A stretch of DNA of 64,000 nt, taken from positions 160,001 to 224,000 of the forward strand of contig CAWFQL010000016.1 of the NCBI GenBank assembly GCA_963817915.1, written 5' to 3'. This document shows, in pieces, positions 1-10,499 of this stretch. The position numbers and the translations under genes are program-made. The stretch is from an uncultured candidate division Zixibacteria bacterium. Lineage in GTDB: Bacteria > Zixibacteria > MSB-5A5 > UBA10806. The stretch's first letter is position 1, and the number at the start of each line of letters is the position of its first letter. Below the pieces are notes generated by a model. That model was given only the letters and a program-made list of their open reading frames with translations, made no database searches and was not told the origin of the DNA.

Positions 1-2
1 TA

Positions 3-524
3 AATTTTCGCCACATTTTCTTCGAGAAAATCCGACGCGGCCGAAGCATATTCCGATGGCGTCAATAATTTGTCTTTGGCCTTTGATATTTTGGATTTGG
101 CCGCCCCGAACGTCGGCTGAGTATCCGATAGCCCCTTATCCTTGTAAATCCGCTTGAGCAACGCCAGCGATTCGGATTCATCATATATGGAGAAGCTCTT
201 GATATACCCCAGCGCCGCACCATGGTCCCGCAATGTCCTCGCGCAAAATGAGTGGAATGTCGAAACCCAGACCTTGCCGCCATCCGGCCCCATGATATCG
301 ATCACCCGTTGCTTCATCTCGCCCGCGGCTTTGTTGGTGAATGTCACCGCCAATATCTGCCACGGCTTGGCCGTCCCGGTCGCGATTAGATGCGCGATAC
401 GATGAGTGATGACTCGTGTTTTGCCAGAACCGGCTCCAGCAAGTATCAGCAACGGGCCATCGAGTTGCTCTACGGCCTGCCTTTGACGATCATTCAGCCC
501 ATCGAGATGCTTGTACTTTTCCAT
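3..524 (-). CDS. pcrA: ATP-dependent DNA helicase PcrA/UvrD, N-terminal part (runs off the window)
   Basis: Manual translation from ATG 524: MEKYKHLDGLNDRQRQAVEQLDGPLLILAGAGSGKTRVITHRIAHLI...ILAVTFTNKAAGEMKQR (Q motif, Walker A, motif Ia). Absent from the ORF track because there is no stop in the window. Confidence 0.95.
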   Translation of the reverse strand, partial: MEKYKHLDGLNDRQRQAVEQLDGPLLILAGAGSGKTRVITHRIAHLIATGTAKPWQILAVTFTNKAAGEMKQRVIDIMGPDGGKVWVSTFHSFCARTLRDHGAALGYIKSFSIYDESESLALLKRIYKDKGLSDTQPTFGAAKSKISKAKDKLLTPSEYASAASDFLEENVAKI

Positions 525-573
525 CGCCGCCAATATATAAATTTGATTTTGCTTAACAAGCGGTAAAAAGCTG

Positions 574-825
574 TTTGCGTGTCAAAGCTTGCTTTGACCG
601 CAAGATATTGCCGCGATTATCGTGTCGTGGGGTCCGCGCACCCACGATTAGGCAAATTTTGTAGGGGTTTGATTTATCAAACCCTAATACTTGTCATTCC
701 GCACTCGATGCGGAATCTATCATGCTTTTCAGTTATGCGTCAGGATGGAATAAAATTTATTTGCGTGTCAAAGCTTGCTTTGACCGCAATATGCTGTTGC
801 GGTCGCAGTAAACTGCGACGCGCAT
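574..825. repeat. Cluster of REP-like hairpins, including a 30-bp direct repeat (574-603 = 760-789)
   Basis: TTTGCGTGTCAAAGCTTGCTTTGACCGCAA occurs twice. Also TCGTGGG..CCCACGA, GTAGGGGTTTGATTTATCAAACCC, GTCATTCCGCACTCGATGCGGAATC and GTCGCAGTAAACTGCGAC. Confidence 0.85.
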
Positions 826-862
826 GAGAACACAATTTAATATTTGACATATGAAATGTTAA

Positions 863-1084
863 ATGATTAAAATGGCGGCATCTATGATTATCAATCTTGA
901 AAAATACAATGATGACTTGATGGCCATTCCTGGTGTTGTCGGGACAGGCAAAACCATGATAAACTGCAAACCGGTAATTATGATTAAGGCTCGGCAAGAT
1001 AACAATGAAATCAGGACTAAAGTCAACTCTGTATTGCGCGGCCTACCTTTCAAAATAGAAGTTGTCGGTGATATCAAAGCATAG
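863..1084 (+). CDS. Small hypothetical protein (LMAIPGVVGTG...IEVVGDIKA)
   Basis: 73-aa ORF with protein-like composition and TTGACA upstream. The true start may be a downstream ATG. Confidence 0.55.
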   Translation: MIKMAASMIINLEKYNDDLMAIPGVVGTGKTMINCKPVIMIKARQDNNEIRTKVNSVLRGLPFKIEVVGDIKA

Positions 1085-1205
1085 TCCTGAGAAAGATTTC
1101 AAGCCGCAAATTCGCGCATATTTTGAATAATTTTAATTGACATAATGTCCAGTCCCTATTACAGTAATGCCCCAATAGATATGAATGACAACAGGAACGG
1201 GCAAC

Positions 1206-1355
1206 TTGAAGAAAATATTATTTAAGACAGCTTTTGGGGTTATGATTCTCGCGGTAATCATTATTATTTCCATTTTCCTTTATGATAATGAAAGGGCAAT
1301 TTCCAATACACGCAATAACTCGCCGGAAAAAGCTCTCAGTATCGATGATAAATAG
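1206..1355 (+). CDS. Small single-pass membrane protein (49 aa)
   Basis: TTG start, MKKILFKTAFGVMILAVIIIISIFLYDNERAISNTRNNSPEKALSIDDK*, with a basic N-terminus and a hydrophobic helix. Below the ORF-track size cutoff. Confidence 0.45.
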   Translation: MKKILFKTAFGVMILAVIIIISIFLYDNERAISNTRNNSPEKALSIDDK

Positions 1356-1508
1356 GACTTAGCGTTTACATTTGACCATTCAAAATTCAAATATCCAAAT
1401 ATCGCTTTAAAACTTCCATTGTTTGCTTGTATAATTCGTTCATGAAGGCATTTTCTATGAGTATTGATGATCTTATCATTCGGCGCCAAACCGATTATTC
1501 ATACTACC

Positions 1509-1559
1509 CTAATCATTCCCTAACGATCTTGGAGTTTGTTCCTAAGTAAAAACTAACCA
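1509..1559 (+). promoter_or_regulatory. Putative Pho box upstream of phoB
   Basis: CTAATCA (1509), CTAACGA (1520), CTAAGTA (1542), CTAACCA (1553), all on an 11-bp lattice. Confidence 0.6.
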
Positions 1560-1577
1560 AACCATGGATGACGAAAG

Positions 1578-2267
1578 ATGCCTAAGGAAAAAATACTAAT
1601 CGTAGAAGATGATAAGAATATTGTAGAATTGATCAGGTATAATCTGGCCCGGGAAGGCTATCGCCCCGAAATCGCGCTGACCGGCGAGGATGCGATCAAA
1701 TCAGCAAAAAGCAATATGCCCGATCTCATTCTACTTGATCTTATGCTCCCTGGTATGGATGGTCTCGAAATCTGCAAAATTCTGAAAAATGATCATAAAA
1801 CATCCAATATGCCGATCATAATGGTCACAGCCAAAGGCGAAGAATCGGATATAATTACCGGCCTCGAATTGGGGGCGGATGATTATATCACCAAACCATT
1901 CAGCCCCAAAATCCTGATCGCACGAATCAGGGCTGTCTTGCGCCGAAAAGCCGCCGAAAAATTGAAAGAGGACGCACCCGTAAATATCAGGGAGTTGACT
2001 ATAGACCCATTGCGGCATGAAGTGAAAGTAGCTGGACAGACAATCGATTTTACCAATACCGAATTCAGAATTATCCATTTTCTGGCGTCGAAACCGGGCA
2101 GGGTTTTCACTCGTTATCAAATCGTGAATAATATTAAGGGAGAAGATTACCCGGTCACGGACCGTTCAGTCGATGTCCAAATAGTCGGAATCCGAAAAAA
2201 ATCGCCGCATCTGGCTGATTATATAGAGACAGTCCGGGGCGTGGGGTATAGATTTAAAGAAGAATAG
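1578..2267 (+). CDS. phoB: Phosphate regulon response regulator (OmpR/PhoB family)
   Basis: REC domain (ILIVEDD, LLDLMLP, KPF) plus winged helix (ETVRGVGYRF). Adjacent to phoR and the pst genes. Confidence 0.93.
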   Translation: MPKEKILIVEDDKNIVELIRYNLAREGYRPEIALTGEDAIKSAKSNMPDLILLDLMLPGMDGLEICKILKNDHKTSNMPIIMVTAKGEESDIITGLELGADDYITKPFSPKILIARIRAVLRRKAAEKLKEDAPVNIRELTIDPLRHEVKVAGQTIDFTNTEFRIIHFLASKPGRVFTRYQIVNNIKGEDYPVTDRSVDVQIVGIRKKSPHLADYIETVRGVGYRFKEE

Positions 2268-3686
2268 ATGAGATCACAACGATTATTCTGGCATATTTAT
2301 CCGGCATATTTGGTGCTGATAACCTTTCTGATATTCGCCTTCGCGCTTATTATTTCCGGATTAGTAACCGAGGGCCTGAAAGATCATGTTGTCAGTTCTC
2401 CGCTTGTCATCCAGATTTATCAAGTCGCCTTTATAATAGATTTGATATTCGCCATTATTGGCGCCTTTATTTGCGATATTGCGGCCAAGAAGATCTCCGG
2501 CCCAATCAACGATATCTATCGAGCCATCTCGCATTATGCCAGAAATGATTTCGATGCCAGAATCCAGGAATCATCCATACGAGAGATTAATAACCTAATC
2601 GCGACAGTGAAAGATATGTCATCCAAGTTGGAATTGAAATCCAACGAATCCAATGGGCTATCCAATGAGCAGATTGCGATGCTCGAATGTATGACTGAAG
2701 GTGTTTTAGCTGTCGATAATACCGAAAAAATAATCAAGCTCAATCAAGCCGCCTCAACTATGCTCAATATAGATATCGCCGCGGCAAACGGCCGCCAAGT
2801 GCAGGAAATTGTTCGAAATAGCGATATACAAAAATTCATCAGCAAAACCTTATCCGGAGGTCGTCCGGTAGAGGGTCAATTCATCGTTAACCTGAAATCA
2901 GCGCGATATTTCCAGGCACATGGCACTGTCCTGCGCGATTCCTTCCAAAAGAAGCTCGGTGCCTTAATCGTGCTGAATGATATCACCGAGCTGAAAAGAC
3001 TCGAAAATATACGTAAAGACTTCGTTGCCAATGTATCCCATGAATTGAAGACGCCGGTTACATCAATAAAGGGTTTTGTCGAAACCCTCCTCGACGGGGC
3101 GATCGATAATGTCAAAGAAGCCAGACAATTCCTCGATATTATATTAAAACAATCCGACAGGCTTAACGCCATTATTGAGGATTTGCTGAATCTTTCGAGA
3201 ATTGAACGAGATATCGAAGGGGATGCCATAGCACTGGAAAAGAAAATGCTATCTGAAATCGTAAAATCCGCAGTCGAAAATGCTGAATCCAAGGCCACCG
3301 ATAAAAGGATCATAATTGAATCACGGATTACAAATGACATAGTATTGCGGGTTAATCCCATCTTGTTGGAGCAGGCGATCTTCAATCTGCTGGACAATGC
3401 CATTAAATACAGCGATCCAACTGGAAAAATAATGGTATCCTTGATTTGTACATCCCACGAAGCCATTATCTCTGTTGAGGATCATGGCCGCGGGATACCC
3501 GCCGAGCACCTTTCCCGAATTTTCGAGCGATTCTATAGAGTTGATAATTCCAGGAGCGATTCCGAGGGCGGAACCGGTTTAGGGCTGGCGATAGCCAAGC
3601 ATATCGCCATCGCGCATAAGGGCGACATCGAAGTTGAGAGTGCCATCGGTAAGGGAAGTGTTTTTCGTATACTCCTGCCAATTTAA
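2268..3686 (+). CDS. phoR: Phosphate regulon sensor histidine kinase
   Basis: Two TM helices, HAMP, PAS, H-box FVANVSHELKTP, N box NLLDNAIKYS, G boxes (GGTGLGLAI). Confidence 0.92.
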   Translation: MRSQRLFWHIYPAYLVLITFLIFAFALIISGLVTEGLKDHVVSSPLVIQIYQVAFIIDLIFAIIGAFICDIAAKKISGPINDIYRAISHYARNDFDARIQESSIREINNLIATVKDMSSKLELKSNESNGLSNEQIAMLECMTEGVLAVDNTEKIIKLNQAASTMLNIDIAAANGRQVQEIVRNSDIQKFISKTLSGGRPVEGQFIVNLKSARYFQAHGTVLRDSFQKKLGALIVLNDITELKRLENIRKDFVANVSHELKTPVTSIKGFVETLLDGAIDNVKEARQFLDIILKQSDRLNAIIEDLLNLSRIERDIEGDAIALEKKMLSEIVKSAVENAESKATDKRIIIESRITNDIVLRVNPILLEQAIFNLLDNAIKYSDPTGKIMVSLICTSHEAIISVEDHGRGIPAEHLSRIFERFYRVDNSRSDSEGGTGLGLAIAKHIAIAHKGDIEVESAIGKGSVFRILLPI

Positions 3687-3977
3687 AGTACTTTTGTGTT
3701 TGCACCGCGTTTCGCAAAATAGTCCATGTCAGGATGTTTGCTTGGAATAGTTGTTCCATTTTGAAACGCCACCACAGAGATGACTCAACTGCCACTATCC
3801 ACAACCGATTGAAATTCATAGAGTTTGCAATTTTATAGGCTAATAATTTGACAATGGCCGCCGATATAGTGTAATGAATTGCAACATCGGGCAACCGTTT
3901 CGAAAGTTTATCGTATAGAGATATTCTCAGAAAGGGCAGCCTGAGCAGGAGGGGACTTCAAATTTGCTTTCGTTCGT

Positions 3978-4017
3978 TTTACATATATCTAACATTCGCC
4001 TAATTATTCTCTAACAC
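3978..4017 (+). promoter_or_regulatory. Putative Pho box upstream of the porin-pst operon
   Basis: TTTACAT (3978), CTAACAT (3989), CTAATTA (4000), CTAACAC (4011): four repeats at exact 11-bp spacing. Confidence 0.7.
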
Positions 4018-4108
4018 TGTGAATGTTTATAGGAGGTGATTGAAGAACAAAAAACTGGTTTTGTTGAAGGGAGTAGGACTAACATTGAACTTTAGACAAG
4101 GAATTAAG

Positions 4109-5230
4109 ATGAAAAAAGTCATTTTCGCAATAGCAATGACATTGGTAGTAATAAGCTTCGCAACGGCTTTTGCGGCTGAGACCACAATTGAAGGTCGTAT
4201 TTATGCCACATGGGCAATGCGCATGAGCGAAGGTTACACTACTATTGATGGTAATGTTGTCGACTTAAAGGGATTTAGCAAGTTTTCCGTTGACCGTTCA
4301 TATGTCACCGTGAAATCCAAACTCAGCGATTATGTCAGTCTGGCAATTACTTCTGATATGAGAGATTTCACGACAGAAAATACCAGCTTCAAGGGTTATG
4401 ACATTATTCTCAAAAACGCTTACGTCGACTGGCGTCTGAATTTCGCTCCCGATCTTCTCACTCTCAGACTCGGTCTACAGGCCAATAAATATGCCGATTT
4501 TTCTGATAACACAATTTGGGGCCGCCGCTATATGGAAAAATCCGCCTACGATTTGAATGATATGCTCACTACGGCCGACTTAGGCGCCAATCTGAATTTT
4601 AATATCGGAGATAAGGGCAAATGGGGCACGGCTGGCGTAGCCCTCTGGAATGGAACAAAATATACCGCCCTTGCCGAGAAAAATGCCAATAAAGACATCA
4701 GTATTTATGGCATTTTCAAACCGTTGGTCAATAATCCCGATTTTGACAAGACAATGGTAGGCGCCCAGATTTATCTCGGTACCCAGAACGAATCATTTGA
4801 TACCTCTGCTGTTGAAAAAGCCAGCGACAGGAAACATCAGGTAATTTCATTCGGCGGCAAGTTCAACTACAAGAGCTACTTCGATATCGGCCTCGATTAT
4901 TTCATGAATACTCTTGGACAGGGACCCTCCCCCGAAAAGGATAAGAAGCAAACTTCACTTTCAATTATAGCCGCGCTTTACGCCAAACCGTTCGTGACGG
5001 AAACATCACCGATAAGAACGCTCAATCTCGTTATTCGCTACGACATGTGGAATCCTAATACCGAACCTCCAGCTGGTGAAAAAGTAAAAGAAAACTACAT
5101 GATTGTCGGTATCGAATGTGTTCCGATCAAGGGCGTGACCTCATCGCTCAATTATAAATCAAGAAGCTACGAAGATTCAGCGATTAAATCGGTAAATTAT
5201 CTCTATCTAAATACCGAGTTCAGATTCTAA
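4109..5230 (+). CDS. Outer-membrane beta-barrel, probable phosphate-selective porin
   Basis: Signal peptide MKKVIFAIAMTLVVISFATAFA, alternating beta-strand pattern, C-terminal Phe (YLYLNTEFRF). First gene of the pst operon. Confidence 0.75.
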   Translation: MKKVIFAIAMTLVVISFATAFAAETTIEGRIYATWAMRMSEGYTTIDGNVVDLKGFSKFSVDRSYVTVKSKLSDYVSLAITSDMRDFTTENTSFKGYDIILKNAYVDWRLNFAPDLLTLRLGLQANKYADFSDNTIWGRRYMEKSAYDLNDMLTTADLGANLNFNIGDKGKWGTAGVALWNGTKYTALAEKNANKDISIYGIFKPLVNNPDFDKTMVGAQIYLGTQNESFDTSAVEKASDRKHQVISFGGKFNYKSYFDIGLDYFMNTLGQGPSPEKDKKQTSLSIIAALYAKPFVTETSPIRTLNLVIRYDMWNPNTEPPAGEKVKENYMIVGIECVPIKGVTSSLNYKSRSYEDSAIKSVNYLYLNTEFRF

Positions 5231-5257
5231 TAAAATTTTTAGCAACGGAGATTTGCC

Positions 5258-6103
5258 ATGAAAAAAATCCTAATCCCGCTGGTTCTTTTGACGAGCTTCG
5301 TAATCGCGCAAGCGGGAACGATCAACGTCAAGGGTTCCGACACAATGGTGATTCTCGGTCAGCGTTTGGCCGAGCAGTACATGAAACTCAACAAAGGGAC
5401 AACTATTGCCGTATCGGGTGGCGGATCGGGCGTAGGTATATCAGCTCTGATTAATAAGACTACCGATATTTGCCAAGCGTCCCGGGACATGAAACCGAAA
5501 GAGACTCAGGATGCCACTGCCAATGGCGTAAAGCCATATAGGGCGGCAATCGCGCTTGACGGCATCGCGGTTTTCGTGAATACCGGCAATCCCGTGAAAA
5601 CATTTACGCTCGCTCAATTGAAGGGCATCTATACGGGCAAAATCACAAACTGGAAAGAAGTGGGCGGACCCGATAAGCCAATTATTCTCTACGGCAGGGA
5701 AAATAGCTCCGGCACTTATGCATTCTTCAAAGAGCACGTGATGACAAACGAAGATTACGCGGCCACAATGCAGGCTATGGCTGGCACCGCGGCTTTAGTC
5801 AACGCTGTATCAAAAGATGCTAATGGAATCGGCTATAGCGGTGTTGCATGGGATAAGGGTGTTCATGTCGTCTCTATCAAGAAAGATGAGAAATCCGCGG
5901 CAATTGCGCCGATAATGGAGACTATCACTAATGGCACTTATCCTATAACCCGGGCCCTCTATTGGTTCACCAATGGCACCCCGACCGGAGAAATGAAAAG
6001 CCTGCTAAACTGGGTGATTTCAGCCGACGGTCAGGAAATTGTCAAGGCAGCCGAATATATCCCGCTTCCGAAGGATATGGCCCTTGAAGAGTTAATTCCC
6101 TAA
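5258..6103 (+). CDS. pstS: Phosphate ABC transporter substrate-binding protein
   Basis: KGSDTM, GGGSGVGI, RENSSGTYAFF and YPITRALY motifs; signal peptide. Confidence 0.95.
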   Translation: MKKILIPLVLLTSFVIAQAGTINVKGSDTMVILGQRLAEQYMKLNKGTTIAVSGGGSGVGISALINKTTDICQASRDMKPKETQDATANGVKPYRAAIALDGIAVFVNTGNPVKTFTLAQLKGIYTGKITNWKEVGGPDKPIILYGRENSSGTYAFFKEHVMTNEDYAATMQAMAGTAALVNAVSKDANGIGYSGVAWDKGVHVVSIKKDEKSAAIAPIMETITNGTYPITRALYWFTNGTPTGEMKSLLNWVISADGQEIVKAAEYIPLPKDMALEELIP

Positions 6104-6113
6104 ATTTAGTAGC

Positions 6114-6146
6114 TTTGTGGGCGGAGAAACCTTCTCCGCCCACAAA
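6114..6146 (+). other. Perfect 15-bp stem-loop between pstS and pstC (mRNA stabiliser or partial terminator)
   Basis: TTTGTGGGCGGAGAA-ACC-TTCTCCGCCCACAAA. Confidence 0.7.
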
Positions 6147-6159
6147 TAGTTTTACTGCA

Positions 6160-7122
6160 ATGTCACACAATTACGGATTTAAACCCAAATCAAAAATCAA
6201 AGAATTTCTTGGCGAAAAATTAATCGCCATTACAGCATTTTCAGCGCTGATAGCCATCTCATTGATTTTCATATTTATATTCAAGGAGGCTCTTCCTATT
6301 TTAACTGATAAGAAAGTTCAGGAAGAGGCCAGCCTCGATAAAATGGTATTTAAACAACAATATTATGAAAACCAGGATGCCAAATGGTCCTGGCAGCCGA
6401 ATTCAGACATACCCAAATATTCTCTATTCCCGTTATTCCTTGGCACTTTAAAGGCGGCGTTGGTGGCAATGCTTTTTGCGGCCCCGTTAGGAGTTGGAGC
6501 GGCTATATATTCATCGGAATTTGCGGGCAAACGTCTCCGCGAAATAATTAAGCCAACAATCGAGCTTTTAGCCAGCATTCCATCGGTCGTACTTGGATTC
6601 TTTGCCCTGATAGTACTGGCAAGCGCCCTGCAAAGTATCTTTGGATTCACATACAGGCTTAACGCTATCAATGCTGGCATAGCCCTGGGGATCGCCATCA
6701 TTCCGATTATTTTTACGATTTCAGAGGATGCCATGACGGCGGTGCCGCAGTCATTGAGAGATGCCGCACTGGCCTTAGGAGCCAATAAATGGCAGGTATC
6801 GTTTACGATGGTCCTCCCAGCCGCGTTACCGGGAATCGCGGCAGGCATCGTGCTTGGGTTTGGACGCGCAATTGGCGAGACAATGATTGTTTTGATGGCC
6901 TCTGGCAACGCGGCCATTATTTCAGCGAGTTTTGTACAGCCGATTCGCACTTTGTCCGCGACAATCGCCGCCGAACTCGCCGAAGTGGTATTCAATAGCG
7001 CTCATTATAATGTTTTATTCTTTATAGGCACCATCCTGTTCGTATTTACATTCTTAATTAATCTCGGCGGAGAAATGGTCCTTTCGAGACTTAAGATTAG
7101 GCTTCAGGGTAAGTTGAAATGA
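6160..7122 (+). CDS. pstC: Phosphate ABC transporter permease
   Basis: IELLASIPSVVLG, ALALGA loop, GRAIGETMIVLM. Confidence 0.95.
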   Translation: MSHNYGFKPKSKIKEFLGEKLIAITAFSALIAISLIFIFIFKEALPILTDKKVQEEASLDKMVFKQQYYENQDAKWSWQPNSDIPKYSLFPLFLGTLKAALVAMLFAAPLGVGAAIYSSEFAGKRLREIIKPTIELLASIPSVVLGFFALIVLASALQSIFGFTYRLNAINAGIALGIAIIPIIFTISEDAMTAVPQSLRDAALALGANKWQVSFTMVLPAALPGIAAGIVLGFGRAIGETMIVLMASGNAAIISASFVQPIRTLSATIAAELAEVVFNSAHYNVLFFIGTILFVFTFLINLGGEMVLSRLKIRLQGKLK

Positions 7123-8081
7123 TAGACGCAAAAAATGTCTCTATTGATACGATAGTCGAAACGACTATTCATCATCATTTCAGACCCAAATCGTCGGGGC
7201 TGATTCCGAGAGGACTCACTTTATCGGCAGTGCTGATAATTGTCGCCATGCTGGCGGTGATACTCATAAATGTCATTTATGGCGGTTTAAGCACCATAAG
7301 CTGGGAATTTTTAAGTCATCCACCAGAGAATGGCATGGAAGCAGGGGGCATCTTCCCACCGATTTTCGGCACTGTATTTCTGGTGCTCTTGATGGTGATA
7401 TGTGTAGTGCCGATTGGAGTTTTAACCGCGATCTACTTACATGAATATACCAGCCAGGATTCGAAGATTACGAAACTGATTCGGGTCGCTATAAATAATC
7501 TCGCAGGCGTGCCATCGATTGTCTTCGGCCTATTTGGACTTGGATTTTTCGTAGGCTTTATTGGATCTGGAATGGACAAGATAATGGGGTACTCCGGTCA
7601 TCCGATCTGGGGACAACCCGCAATTATCTGGGCAGCTTTGACATTATCGCTTCTGACGTTGCCGGTAGTCATAATTTCCACCGAAGAAGCGATAAGAACT
7701 ATTCCGCGCGAGCTCAAGGATGCCAGCTATGCCCTTGGCGCGACAAAATTGCAAACTATCGTCAGAATAATAATTCCTCAGGCTCTCCCCGGCATATTTA
7801 CCGGCGCTATACTGGCAATCAGCAGAGGGGCTGGTGAAGTGGCTCCTATAATGTTTACCGGGGTCGCGTATTATCTCCCTTATCTGCCGACAAAATTGCA
7901 TGACCAATTTATGGAGCTGGGTTATCATATCTATGTCATGGCGACACAGTCTCCCGATGTCGAAAAGACAAAACCGATTCTTTACGGGACAGTCCTGGTC
8001 CTGTTGTTTTTGACATTTCTTTTGAATTTAGTCGCAATTTTAATCCGTTCAAAAATTAGAATGAGAAGAGTAAATGCCTGA
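7119..8081 (+). CDS. pstA: Phosphate ABC transporter permease
   Basis: [37 protein letters not shown]. Confidence 0.95.
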   Translation: MIDAKNVSIDTIVETTIHHHFRPKSSGLIPRGLTLSAVLIIVAMLAVILINVIYGGLSTISWEFLSHPPENGMEAGGIFPPIFGTVFLVLLMVICVVPIGVLTAIYLHEYTSQDSKITKLIRVAINNLAGVPSIVFGLFGLGFFVGFIGSGMDKIMGYSGHPIWGQPAIIWAALTLSLLTLPVVIISTEEAIRTIPRELKDASYALGATKLQTIVRIIIPQALPGIFTGAILAISRGAGEVAPIMFTGVAYYLPYLPTKLHDQFMELGYHIYVMATQSPDVEKTKPILYGTVLVLLFLTFLLNLVAILIRSKIRMRRVNA

Positions 8082-8902
8082 TAAATTATTTAATACACAA
8101 TTCGAAAATTCAGATTCTAAATTTGATTCTAATAATAATGGTAAGTCGTCATTGAAAATGACTATCCGGGATTTGAATTTTTATTACGGCAAAGTCCAGG
8201 CTTTGAAAAATATATCAATGGATATCGAGATAAATAAAGTGACCGCCCTGATCGGACCATCGGGATGCGGCAAATCTACCTTCTTGCGAACCTTAAATAG
8301 GATGAACGATACCATACCCGGCACCAAAATGCGAAGGGACTATCAAATTGGATGATGTTGATATCTATCGAGATATCACCGATGTATCGACTGTCAGAAC
8401 CAGAATCGGGATGGTCTTCCAAAAGTCGAATCCATTCCCTAAATCGATTTTTGAAAATGTCGCGTACGGCCTGAAAGTTAATGGTGTAAGCGATAAAAAT
8501 ATTATAAGCGCGGCGGTGGAAGAAACTCTGAAAAAAGCATTCTTGTGGGACGAGGTCAAAGATAAGCTCGACAACAACGCCTATCTGCTATCCGGCGGCC
8601 AACAGCAAAGACTATGCATAGCCAGAGCATTGGCGGTAAGGCCCGAGGTTTTATTGATGGATGAGCCCGCGTCGGCGCTCGATCCGATTTCGACTTCGAA
8701 GATCGAGGATTTAATAGGTGAACTGAAAAAGAATTATACAATTGTCATAGTTACCCATAATATGCAGCAGGCGGCGCGAATTTCGGATTATACCGGATTC
8801 TTTTTCGAGGGTTATTTGATAGAGTTTGGCGACACCCGGAAAATATTTACTAAGCCGAACGAAAAGAAAACCGAAGACTATATCACCGGCCGTTTCGGAT
8901 GA
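8074..8902 (+). CDS. pstB: Phosphate ABC transporter ATPase, split by one +1 frameshift near 8326-8332 (likely sequencing error)
   Basis: ORF 8074-8355 carries Walker [12 protein letters not shown] 8348-8902 carries [24 protein letters not shown] and YITGRFG. Removing one base joins them. Confidence 0.93.
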
Positions 8903-8916
8903 TATCGGGAGTATAT

Positions 8917-9612
8917 ATGTCAAGACATCTGCAGAGAGAAATAGATAGATTGAAAAAGAAAATTCTTTCCTTGAGCACTTTGGTCGAGGAGAGCGTCCAG
9001 AATGCTATTTATTCTATAATGAAAAGGGACGCCAAAATGTCGCAACGGGTAATCGAAAAAGACAATGAAATCGACCAGCTGGAAGTGGATCTGGAGGAGG
9101 ACTGCCTCAAGATATTAGCGCTTCATCAGCCGGTCGCCATCGATTTGCGTTTTATAATTGCAGTATTGAAGATTAACAATGATCTCGAACGGATTGGCGA
9201 TCTCGCCGTCAATATCGCCCAGCGCGCGGGATATCTGGCGTCTCATCCGAAGGTCGAAATCGCCTTGGATTTTCCATTAATGGTAGAAAAAACACAGGTT
9301 ATGTTGCGCAAAAGCCTCGATTCACTCGTAAATCTCGATGATGTTACAGCCAAGCAGGTTTGCGAAGCCGATGATGAGATCGATCGTATGCATCAGGAAA
9401 TGTATCAGGCCGTGCAAGATGGTATTCGCAAAAATCCCGAAAACATGGAAAGCTTGATTCAGCATCTTTCGGTCTCACGCCAATTGGAACGAATTGCCGA
9501 TCATGCTACGAATATAGCTGAGGATGTTATTTATATGGTCGATGGAGTTATTACCCGCCACAGAATGAATGACTACTTCCCGAAAAGCGGAGATTTCGCC
9601 AAAGGGGATTAA
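8917..9612 (+). CDS. phoU: Phosphate signalling protein PhoU
   Basis: QPVAIDLR, LERIGDLAVNIA and LERIADHATNIAE repeats; GGAG RBS before ATG 8917. Confidence 0.95.
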   Translation: MSRHLQREIDRLKKKILSLSTLVEESVQNAIYSIMKRDAKMSQRVIEKDNEIDQLEVDLEEDCLKILALHQPVAIDLRFIIAVLKINNDLERIGDLAVNIAQRAGYLASHPKVEIALDFPLMVEKTQVMLRKSLDSLVNLDDVTAKQVCEADDEIDRMHQEMYQAVQDGIRKNPENMESLIQHLSVSRQLERIADHATNIAEDVIYMVDGVITRHRMNDYFPKSGDFAKGD

Positions 9613-9686
9613 AACCTGTCTGCTTTCCTCAATTTCATAATTCTCATTCTGCCAAAAAATCTCGCCAGATTATCATTAACAATAGA

Positions 9687-10499
9687 TTATTTCTTATTAT
9701 AGTAAGTCATGGCTTCGGGGATTAATCCCCTGATTTTATCTATTCTGGTTTGATCAGATGGATGCGTGCTTAAAAATTCCGGCGGGGCATTACCGCCCGA
9801 TTGGCTTGCCATTCTCTGCCAGAATTCGAGCGCCCCATTGGGATTATATCCGGCCAACGCCATAAATATGAGCCCGAGATGGTCCGCCTCGGATTCCTGG
9901 AGCCTGCTATACGGAAGCAGCACACCTACTTGCGAACCAAGCCCATATGCCCCTAAAAAGAGGGCTTTAGTTTCCTGCGGCTTATTCTGCAGGGCCGTCT
10001 CCAACGCCATTCCGCCAAGCTGTGTAAGCAACCCCTGGCTCATGCGCTCGTCCCCATGATTGGCAACTGCATGGGCGATTTCATGGCCCAGAACAACCGC
10101 AAGGCCGTCTTCATTTTTTACAACGGGCATGATCCCGGAATAAACAACTACTTTCCCGCCGGGCATGCACCACGCATTGACCTGGGAATCGACAACTAAG
10201 TTGAATTCCCAGACATATCCCTGCAAACTCGAGCTCATGTTTCGCTGGGCAAAATATTGCTCGACCGCCCTTTGAATTTTCGTTCCGACATTCTTGACCA
10301 TTTCGGTCTGCGCCTTATTGTCACTCAATTTGTGCGATTTGATAAAGTCGCCATATTGTTGAAAACTCATTGAAGTTATTGTCGCCGTAGGGATTATGTT
10401 AAGCTGCCTTCGCCCCGTGACAGGCACAGTCGCGCATGCTATTGCAATAATCAAAGCGATGATCAAACATAGCCCATTGAATCTTTTGGTTTTGCTCAT
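9687..10499 (-). CDS. M48 family zinc metallopeptidase lipoprotein
   Basis: Lipobox IAC, NAWCMPGGK, HEIAH, ESEAD, FLSTHP. Confidence 0.9.
   Translation of the reverse strand: MSKTKRFNGLCLIIALIIAIACATVPVTGRRQLNIIPTATITSMSFQQYGDFIKSHKLSDNKAQTEMVKNVGTKIQRAVEQYFAQRNMSSSLQGYVWEFNLVVDSQVNAWCMPGGKVVVYSGIMPVVKNEDGLAVVLGHEIAHAVANHGDERMSQGLLTQLGGMALETALQNKPQETKALFLGAYGLGSQVGVLLPYSRLQESEADHLGLIFMALAGYNPNGALEFWQRMASQSGGNAPPEFLSTHPSDQTRIDKIRGLIPEAMTYYNKK

Noticed and set aside
8074..8902. pstB, acs and ftsX as true pseudogenes or programmed frameshifts
   Set aside because: The genes are otherwise intact, there are no slippery heptamers, and the uniform +1 pattern fits sequencing error.
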